Positions 1 to 5,888 of a stretch of 6,706 nt of DNA are shown one piece after another (position 1 is the stretch's first letter; every line of letters begins with the position of its first letter). The notes below the pieces were generated by a model, which saw only the letters and a list, made by a program, of their open reading frames with translations, did no database searches and was not told where the DNA came from. A program made the translations under genes and the position numbers. This DNA comes from Candidatus Aenigmatarchaeota archaeon (lineage in GTDB: Archaea > Aenigmatarchaeota > Aenigmatarchaeia > Aenigmatarchaeales > JACQIB01), in assembly GCA_046760225.1 (NCBI GenBank), contig JBHIDR010000035.1, forward strand, positions 1 through 6,706. Reading direction: 5' to 3'.

Positions 1-381
1 AACCGTGCATGGGATGAATATCTCGACGAAAAACGGGGGAAGGCCTTTGTTAAAAGGGAAAAGATAGGAACATTGGAAGCAATCGAAACAATACTTAACT
101 CTGGCGGCATACCTGTTATGGCCCATCCAATCAAGCTGAATGACCAGGAGCTAATACCCTATTTCGTCAAGAAAGGCATGATTGGAATTGAAGTTTATTA
201 CCCTGAGCATGGCGAAGAAACAGAGCAGCACTATTTGGAAATGTCAAGGAAATATGATTTGGTTGCCACGGGAGGCAGTGATTCGCATGGACCCGGTTCT
301 GTCAAGCCCCTTGACGTAGGATGCGCAAATGTTCCTTTAAGCGTATATGAAGACCTCAAGAAAATCAAGAAGAATTTATAA
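1..381 (+). CDS. PHP-domain metal-dependent phosphoesterase (TrpH/YciV-like), C-terminal part, 5'-truncated by the window
   Basis: Frame 1 is open from base 1 (NRAWDEYLDEKRGKAFVKRE...). It carries the PHP motifs GGIPVMAHP, GIEVYYPEH and TGGSDSHG. Stop TAA at 379-381. Confidence 0.85.
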   Translation, partial: NRAWDEYLDEKRGKAFVKREKIGTLEAIETILNSGGIPVMAHPIKLNDQELIPYFVKKGMIGIEVYYPEHGEETEQHYLEMSRKYDLVATGGSDSHGPGSVKPLDVGCANVPLSVYEDLKKIKKNL

Positions 382-404
382 GGGCTGGAAACTATTTCTA
401 AGGC

Positions 405-830
405 ATGGAGTATAAGTTTTTCGAGCACACAGCTGACACCATCTTTGAAGGATATGGCAAGAGCTATGAGGAGGCTTTCGCCTCGGCAGCACTTGCAATG
501 CAGGAGGTCATGACTGATACATCCAGGGTGGAGGCAAAACAAGAGGAGAAGATAGAAGCAGAAGCCAGGGACATGAAGGCGCTGCTGTACGACTTTCTTG
601 AGAAGTTCCTGATACTCAAGGATGCAAAGAACCTTGTTTTCTCAAAGTTTGAGGTCAAGAGGATAGATAAGACTGACAGGGGATACAGGCTCGAAGCAAA
701 GGCATGGGGAGAGGAATTCAACCCGGAGAAGCACGAGGACAAGAGCCATGTCAAGGCTGTTACATACCATGAAATGGAAATCGGTGAGAAGGAAGGAAAG
801 AAATATGTAAGGGTGCTGGTTGACATCTAG
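405..830 (+). CDS. Archease (RtcB activating cofactor)
   Basis: 141 aa with N-terminal YKFFEHTAD, central LLYDFLEKFL, AWGEEF and C-terminal VKAVTYHEM...VLVDI, all archease signatures. It lies close to rtcB. Confidence 0.95.
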   Translation: MEYKFFEHTADTIFEGYGKSYEEAFASAALAMQEVMTDTSRVEAKQEEKIEAEARDMKALLYDFLEKFLILKDAKNLVFSKFEVKRIDKTDRGYRLEAKAWGEEFNPEKHEDKSHVKAVTYHEMEIGEKEGKKYVRVLVDI

Positions 831-1234
831 ATATCTACTGAAATCTTTTCAACAAGAACAATTATTTTCTTGCCCTTTCTGGGACCCTCGACCTTAATGA
901 GACCGAATCTTTCAAATATCTTCAGGTCCTCGTATACATTCTTTATGTCCCTCTTGACTGCCCTTGCAAGTCCTGTTATTGAATCGAAACTGCTGTATTT
1001 TATTGTCTCCAAAAGGATTAGGCGCTCTGGTGTTAGCAGTTTCCTCAGTTCGCTTATCTGAACCTTGAAAATCTCTTCCTCAGACAGGAAGAGCTCTCCT
1101 GATTCTTCATATTCTCTGTATGCCCTGTTCAGCCTGAACCATTCTTCTGTATCCTGCTTCTTTTTCCTTTTCAAAATGGCTATTTTCTTAACCAGTTCCT
1201 CTGGCCTGAGTTTGTATTTTATCCTTATCTCCAT
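827..1234 (-). CDS. Winged helix-turn-helix putative transcriptional regulator (HVO_A0114-like)
   Basis: C-terminal LLTPERLILLETIK...SITGLARAVKRDIKNVYEDLKIFERFGLI is typical of this archaeal HTH family. I placed the start at ATG 1234 (MEIRIK) because a minus-strand TATA-like TTTTATAG lies about 23 nt upstream. The ORF-track start at 1285 falls inside the promoter palindrome. Confidence 0.75.
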   Translation of the reverse strand: MEIRIKYKLRPEELVKKIAILKRKKKQDTEEWFRLNRAYREYEESGELFLSEEEIFKVQISELRKLLTPERLILLETIKYSSFDSITGLARAVKRDIKNVYEDLKIFERFGLIKVEGPRKGKKIIVLVEKISVDI

Positions 1235-1256
1235 ACAAACAGATGGGTCCTGAGAA

Positions 1257-1264
1257 CTATAAAA
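1257..1264 (-). promoter_or_regulatory. Putative TATA box of the HTH gene (probably a leaderless transcript)
   Basis: The reverse complement of ctataaaa is TTTTATAG, about 23 nt upstream of ATG 1234. Confidence 0.45.
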
Positions 1265-1267
1265 ATC

Positions 1268-1286
1268 TTTGGTATGCCATACCAAA
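1268..1286. promoter_or_regulatory. Perfect inverted repeat TTTGGTATG-C-CATACCAAA, candidate operator
   Basis: 9-bp arms with a 1-nt spacer, located between the two divergent TATA-like boxes. Confidence 0.6.
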
Positions 1287-1292
1287 AATTGA

Positions 1293-1325
1293 TATATAAA
1301 TACGTAAACAAGGATAGAAAGGTGA
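1293..1325 (+). promoter_or_regulatory. rtcB promoter TATA box (TATATAAA 1293-1300) and ribosome-binding site (GGTGA 1321-1325)
   Basis: Archaeal TATA consensus preceded by an A-rich BRE-like stretch. GGTGA lies 4 nt before ATG 1330, and the same RBS precedes 3489 and 3823. Confidence 0.6.
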
Positions 1326-1329
1326 TATA

Positions 1330-2837
1330 ATGCCTGAAATAAGTCTCAAAAAAATAGATGAGCTGCGCTGGGAGATACCCATAGGAACGATTCCAAATAT
1401 GCGCGTTCCTGTAAGGGTCTTTGCCAGTGAGCCCATGCTCGAGAAGATGAAGCGTGACAGGACGCTCACACAAGGAGCTGGCGTTGCAACACTGCCAGGG
1501 ATTTATAAGCATGCCATTGTTCTGCCGGATGGGCACGAGGGATATTCTGTAAATGATTTTTGCAGAACCTTAAATGGGTTCCCAATCGGCGGGGTGGCTG
1601 CACTTGATTTCAAGGAAGGCGGAATAAGCCCTGGCGGAATAGGATTGACTAAATAGTGTTAGCTTTTAGTCCCTAAAATGATATCAATTGTGGCGTGCGG
1701 CTTGTTACCACTAATCTCACGATTAAGGATGTAATGCCGAAAATAAAGGAGCTGTTGGAGGCGTTGTTCAGGAACATTCCCTCGGGCTTGGGCTCCAAGG
1801 GAAAAATAAAGGTATCAACTGATGTCCTGAACACTGTCCTGGAAAAAGGAGCTGCCTGGGCTGTTGAAGAAGGCTATGGATGGAAAAAGGACCTTGAGCA
1901 CCTTGAATCGAACGGCAGGATTGATGCTGATGCTTCGCTTGTGAGCAGCAGGGCAAAGGACAGGGGCAAGCCACAGCTCGGTAGCCTGGGTTCAGGTAAC
2001 CATTTCATTGAAGTGGAAAAGGTTGACAAGATATTCAGTCCTGAAGTTGCAAAGGCATTCGGCATCCATGATACTGATCAAATAGTTGTGCTTATACACA
2101 CAGGCTCAAGGGGGTTTGGGCACCAGGTATGCAGCGATTACCTGAGGGAAATGGAAAGAAAGTTTGCTGACATTATCGCAAAGCTGCCTGATCGTGAGCT
2201 TGTATATGCTCCTGCCGGGACACAGATGGCAAAGGACTATCTGCTTGCAATGGGATGCGCTGCTAATTTTGCCTGGACCAACAGGCAGATGATAGTGCAC
2301 TGGGCAAGGCAAAGCTTTGAAAGGATATTCAAGAAGAGTGCAGAGGACATGGAAATGAACATCATCTATGATGTTGCCCACAACATCTGCAAGATAGAGG
2401 AGCATGAAGTCAATGGAAAGAAAGCAAAGGTGTACATGCACAGGAAAGGGGGAACAAGGGCATTCCCTCCAGGACATCCTGAAATACCTTCTGAATACCG
2501 TTCAGTTGGCCAGCCTGTGTTTATTCCTGGAAGCATGGGAACAGCTTCCTATGTGCTTCATGGAGTAGACGAAGGGAAGGTTACGTTCTTCTCAACTGCA
2601 CATGGTGCAGGAAGGGAGATGAGCAGGCATGCTGCGCTCAGGCAGTGGAGAGGGGAAAGGGTCAAGAAAGAGCTTGAGGCAAGGAACATCTTTGTGCGCA
2701 GCGCAAGCTGGAAGGGGATTGCAGAAGAGGCTCCTGGTGCATACAAGGACATAGATGAGGTAGCAAGAGTGAGTGACGAGACAGGCATCGCAAAGCGCGT
2801 CTCAAGGCTTGTGCCTGTGGGTGTTGTGAAGGGATAA
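1330..2837 (+). CDS. rtcB: RNA-splicing ligase RtcB, intron-containing: join(1330..1543,1574..1645,1678..2837), 481 aa
   Basis: Exons of 214+72+1160 nt total 1446 nt, i.e. 481 aa plus stop. The spliced product has all RtcB motifs: LPDGHEGYGFPIGGV, SPGGIGYDINCGVRL, GSLGSGNHFIEV, IHTGSRGFGHQV, YDVAHN, HRKG, PGSMG, STAHGAGR and EEAPGAYKD. Archease is nearby. Confidence 0.93.
1544..1573 (+). other. rtcB intron 1: 30-nt BHB (archaeal tRNA-type) intron, in frame, no stop
   Basis: Central helix AGGG(1538-1541)/CCUU(1568-1571). Bulges AUA(1542-1544) and AAA(1572-1574). Inner 9-bp stem UUCUGUAAA(1545-1553)/UUUGCAGAA(1559-1567). Outer exon-exon pairing of 1522-1537 with 1575-1592. Removal restores GGA TAT GGG TTC (GYGF). 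Confidence 0.85.
1646..1677 (+). other. rtcB intron 2: 32-nt BHB-like intron, frameshifting, with in-frame TAG
   Basis: Central helix UAGG(1640-1643)/CCUA(1672-1675). Bulges AUU(1644-1646) and AAA(1676-1678). Inner 7-bp stem GACUAAA(1647-1653)/UUUAGUC(1665-1671). Removal restores GGA TAT GAT ATC AAT TGT GGC GTG (GYDINCGV) and joins the two ORFs in frame. Confidence 0.9.
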
Positions 2838-3410
2838 TCAGTTTGCAATGAACTCGAATATTCTTTCAAAAGAACGTGGCGTATGATCACACAGAGCATG
2901 ATAGAGCAAGGAGTCAAATTTCCTTGCATCATCCTCATTGAGGTAGTTTGTCTCGAACCAGAGCTGCGGTCTCATGTCAGTGGTCTTTCTCAGGGCCTCG
3001 CCGTTCGACTTTGCTGTAACCATGTATACCTCTATTCCCTGATTCTTTCCCTTGTAGGCGATTGCATTGCGGTCTGAGGCTATTACCTTTATCATCTTGA
3101 ACTTCTCCTTGTCCCCGTCCTCTATGGCCTTGGCTGTATCTTCAAAGTCAGAGGAAAAGCAGTAGGCCTTTTTAACAACGTACAGGTCTTCTCCGTCTTC
3201 CCTTTCAACTGCCTTGAGGTCCTTTTCCATTATTTCATTGAAGTATTCGGCAGCGCCTTCTGAACTCTGGGGTGCAACTGTACTTTTCTTGAACTCCTCT
3301 TCTGTTATTCCAAACTCCTTTAATGACTCATAAAAGGGCTTGTTGTCCACAGCATACGCAAAGACAGCTGCCCAAACCTTGGATAGATATATGCTCGGAT
3401 CTGGCATCAT
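2838..3410 (-). CDS. Hypothetical protein (190 aa, acidic)
   Basis: Long ORF with protein-like composition that fills the gap between rtcB and the next gene. GAGGAGA RBS on the minus strand at 3412-3418. No family recognised. Confidence 0.7.
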   Translation of the reverse strand: MMPDPSIYLSKVWAAVFAYAVDNKPFYESLKEFGITEEEFKKSTVAPQSSEGAAEYFNEIMEKDLKAVEREDGEDLYVVKKAYCFSSDFEDTAKAIEDGDKEKFKMIKVIASDRNAIAYKGKNQGIEVYMVTAKSNGEALRKTTDMRPQLWFETNYLNEDDARKFDSLLYHALCDHTPRSFERIFEFIAN

Positions 3411-3488
3411 ATCTCCTCAAATAAAGTGTACTATATATGGTCAGAAAACTTTTTATCCTATTAGGTTCATCTATAGGAAGGTGATGTA

Positions 3489-3773
3489 ATGCCAGTATCA
3501 AAGGCTCCTTATACAAGGAAATACCAGCATACAAAGAGGAGGGGCAGAGAAGGCACTGTAGCGTGCGGCTACTGCGGGAAGAAGGTGCCGCGCTACAAGA
3601 CCTTTATAAAGTTCAGGGGATTCAGGATTACTGACCCCGCGATTCTCCAGCAGGTTGACAGGAGCCAGATACACATGAGCAGGCAGAAGATGTATGTATG
3701 CCCCAGCTGCGCAAGGTTCCACAAAATCGTCCAGAGGGGAAGGACCGTAAGGAAAAAGCACCTCAGGAGGTAA
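3489..3773 (+). CDS. rps26e: Ribosomal protein eS26 (S26e)-like, Zn-binding
   Basis: Very basic 94-aa protein. The pattern RGREGTVACGYCGKKVPRYK...DPAIL...KMYVCPSCARFHKIV matches the eS26 layout (CxxC..VP..K / Y.CxSCA...IV). GGTGA RBS at 3480-3484. Confidence 0.72.
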   Translation: MPVSKAPYTRKYQHTKRRGREGTVACGYCGKKVPRYKTFIKFRGFRITDPAILQQVDRSQIHMSRQKMYVCPSCARFHKIVQRGRTVRKKHLRR

Positions 3774-3822
3774 CCTTCTATCTTTAAAAAGGTTAGAATT
3801 CAATTAAATTTAGGTGACAGAA

Positions 3823-4149
3823 ATGAAGGTGCTGGAAACAAAGCCCATATCAATGGCAGAAGCAAAGAAGATCTTGGCTAGCCGTGAGAAGGCTGGTGAG
3901 CTTGGCTATGAGCAGAAGCTTGCAGTGGAGCACCTAAACAAATTCACCAAACTAAAACCCGAGAAGGCAAAGAAATTCCTGGAGGAAATATCTTCAGTTC
4001 TAAGAATGTCGCCTGAAACCCTTGTGCAGATAGCCAACCTGATGCCAAAGAACGCTGACGAGCTCAGGCTCATATTCGCCAGGGAAAAATTCAGCCTGAA
4101 GGAGGAAGAAATAAACAAAATTCTTGAAACAGTCAAGAAATATTCATAG
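3823..4149 (+). CDS. rpoF: DNA-directed RNA polymerase subunit Rpo4 (RpoF)
   Basis: Motifs ISMAEAKKIL, ELGYEQKLAVEHLNKFTKL and IANLMPKNADELRLIF. It sits in the conserved rpoF-DUF655-ksgA order. Start set at ATG 3823, after GGTGA (3813-3817). Confidence 0.9.
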   Translation: MKVLETKPISMAEAKKILASREKAGELGYEQKLAVEHLNKFTKLKPEKAKKFLEEISSVLRMSPETLVQIANLMPKNADELRLIFAREKFSLKEEEINKILETVKKYS

Positions 4150-4158
4150 GTGGTTAAC

Positions 4159-4719
4159 ATGGTTCTGAGGGATGATGACGTCATAGTTTTAGATTTCTTG
4201 CCTAGGGGCAGGGCTGATGGAAGAAGGGCAGAGCCAATAGCACAGGTCATAGGTACTAAGTATTTCTCTTTGCTTGAGGTCGTGACCAGGAAAGATGTCA
4301 CGCTCAAGCACGGCGACAAGGTGTACATAGGAGAATCAAAGAGGGAAAAGGTCGATCACATTAAGAGGAGGATAATGATGAAGGACCTCACATCATTTGC
4401 AAGAAGCGAGCTTCCCTTTGTTGTTGAAAAGCTTGTTAAGGAAAGGGAGGAACATTTTGCCAATTTCTTCAATACAGCGCAGCCAATAAGCACCAGATTG
4501 CACCAGCTCGAGCTGCTTCCGGGAATAGGCAAGAAGCACATGTGGGACATAATAAGGGAGAGAAAGAAGGGCAAGTTCAAGAGCTTTGAGGACCTGAAGA
4601 AGAGAGTAAAGCTTCTTCCTGACCCAATGGGCTCAATAGTCAAGAGGGTAATGGAAGAGCTGCAGGATGAAAATATAAGGTACAGGCTCTTTGTTGCAGG
4701 GCCTGTAAGGAGATACTAG
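4159..4719 (+). CDS. DUF655 family putative RNA-binding protein with HhH motif
   Basis: Motifs VLDFLPRG, AQVIGTKYFSLLEV, FFNTAQPISTRLHQLELLPGIGKKHMW and FKSFEDLKKRV. It lies between rpoF and ksgA. AGGTGG RBS precedes ATG 4159. Confidence 0.9.
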   Translation: MVLRDDDVIVLDFLPRGRADGRRAEPIAQVIGTKYFSLLEVVTRKDVTLKHGDKVYIGESKREKVDHIKRRIMMKDLTSFARSELPFVVEKLVKEREEHFANFFNTAQPISTRLHQLELLPGIGKKHMWDIIRERKKGKFKSFEDLKKRVKLLPDPMGSIVKRVMEELQDENIRYRLFVAGPVRRY

Positions 4720-4727
4720 GTTTTTGC

Positions 4728-5456
4728 ATGCCAGCAAAACTAGGACAGCACTTTCTGCAGGATATTGGAACAGCAAGGAAGATAGTAGAGTATGCGGATG
4801 TGGGCAGCAGGGACACTGTCCTGGAGATAGGGCCAGGAAAGGGCATGCTTACTGAACAGCTGGTGAAAAAAGCAAAGAAAGTAATAGCAATAGAGAAGGA
4901 CTCTGTGCTTGCCCGAGTAATTGCTGACAACTTTCCTGATGTAGCTGTGATAAGGGCTGATGCACTGAAGATTGAATGGCCGGAATTTGACAAGATTGTC
5001 TCTAATCTGCCCTATCAGATATCAAGCCCTGTGACATTCAAGCTCTTCAGGCACAAGTGGAAGGCAGCTGTGCTCATGTACCAGAAGGAGTTTGGGGAGA
5101 GGTTTGTTGCAGAGCCAGGAGAAAGGCGATATTCCAGGCTCACAGTAGCAGTGAACTACCATTGTGATGCTGAGGTACTTGAATTTGTGCCAAAGGAGAA
5201 GTTCAGGCCAAGGCCAAAGGTTGATTCAGTGATAATCAGGCTGACACCCAAAAAACCGCCTTTTGTGGCAGATGATTTCTTCTGGCATGTTGTGACCCAG
5301 CTGTTCAGGCACAAGAAAAAGACAGTTGCAGCAGCACTCAAGGCAAGCAAGTACAGCAAAAAGGCTATAGAAAGGCTGCCAGAGGAGCTTGCAAAGGAAA
5401 GGGTCTTCTGGTGCGACCTTAAGAAGTTAAAAAGCATAGCGGATGCGATGAGATGA
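4728..5456 (+). CDS. rsmA: 16S rRNA adenine dimethyltransferase RsmA/KsgA/Dim1
   Basis: Motifs KLGQHFL, VLEIGPGKG (SAM-binding), IEKD, VSNLPYQISS, MYQKEF and FRPRPKVDS. Confidence 0.95.
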   Translation: MPAKLGQHFLQDIGTARKIVEYADVGSRDTVLEIGPGKGMLTEQLVKKAKKVIAIEKDSVLARVIADNFPDVAVIRADALKIEWPEFDKIVSNLPYQISSPVTFKLFRHKWKAAVLMYQKEFGERFVAEPGERRYSRLTVAVNYHCDAEVLEFVPKEKFRPRPKVDSVIIRLTPKKPPFVADDFFWHVVTQLFRHKKKTVAAALKASKYSKKAIERLPEELAKERVFWCDLKKLKSIADAMR

Positions 5457-5863
5457 GGCAGTGCCCGAACTGCAGGAAGAGCAAGTTCCTTGTGTACAAG
5501 CCATGGCTCGGGCTCATATGGGAGTGCAGGAAGTGCGGGTACAGAGGGCCACTTGTGATAGAAGTAATGGAACCCAGACTTCTTAGGCTTCTGAAGAAAA
5601 TACCAAGGGGTAAAGTAACAACCTATGGCATTCTGGCAAAGAAACTGGGGACAGGCCCAAGAGCTGTTGCACAGATGCTGAAAAACAATCCTGAGCCCAT
5701 AAGGATTCCATGCCACAGGGTTGTGAAGTCAGACGGCAGCCTAGGCGGCTATACTTGGAAAGGCAGGCAGAATGTGAAAAGGAAAAAGGAGCTGCTCAAG
5801 AAAGAAGGCGTGGAAATAAAGAAAGGTAAAATTGACCTGAGGCGCTTTGGATACAAATTCTGA
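5453..5863 (+). CDS. MGMT/Ogt-family methylated-DNA-protein-cysteine methyltransferase C-terminal domain with an N-terminal Zn ribbon
   Basis: IPRGKVTTYGILA...PRAVAQ...NP...IPCHRVVKSDGSLGGY, with the active-site PCHR intact. N-terminus has CPNC-x17-CRKCGYRGP. ATGA overlap with rsmA. Confidence 0.85.
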   Translation: MRQCPNCRKSKFLVYKPWLGLIWECRKCGYRGPLVIEVMEPRLLRLLKKIPRGKVTTYGILAKKLGTGPRAVAQMLKNNPEPIRIPCHRVVKSDGSLGGYTWKGRQNVKRKKELLKKEGVEIKKGKIDLRRFGYKF

Positions 5864-5888
5864 TAAATCTTTAGCACCAATTCTATGC

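Noticed and set aside
1654..1656. TAG readthrough (pyrrolysine or recoding) or programmed ribosomal frameshift in rtcB
   Set aside because: The downstream part is in a different frame, so readthrough alone cannot join the ORFs. A frameshift would still leave about 10 foreign residues in the GYDINC active-site motif.
1695..1697. GTG 1695 as the true start of a stand-alone RtcB
   Set aside because: That protein would lack the PD aspartate and the DINC metal ligands. The in-frame codons just upstream encode DINCG, and no clear RBS is present.
1640..1700. Intein or group I/II intron at the DINC site
   Set aside because: The insertion is only 32 nt, contains a stop and has no splicing-domain or ribozyme core.
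1330..2837. rtcB as a frameshifted pseudogene or sequencing error
   Set aside because: The disruptions are discrete 30-nt and 32-nt self-complementary insertions whose BHB-predicted cut sites restore the conserved motifs exactly. The rest of the gene shows no decay.
3771..3795. Inverted repeat TAACCTT-N11-AAGGTTA after the eS26-like gene
   Set aside because: The arms are short and AT-rich with no U-tract. The stretch is more simply explained as an rpoF promoter region (TTTAAAAA 3783-3790), and it is too weak to call.
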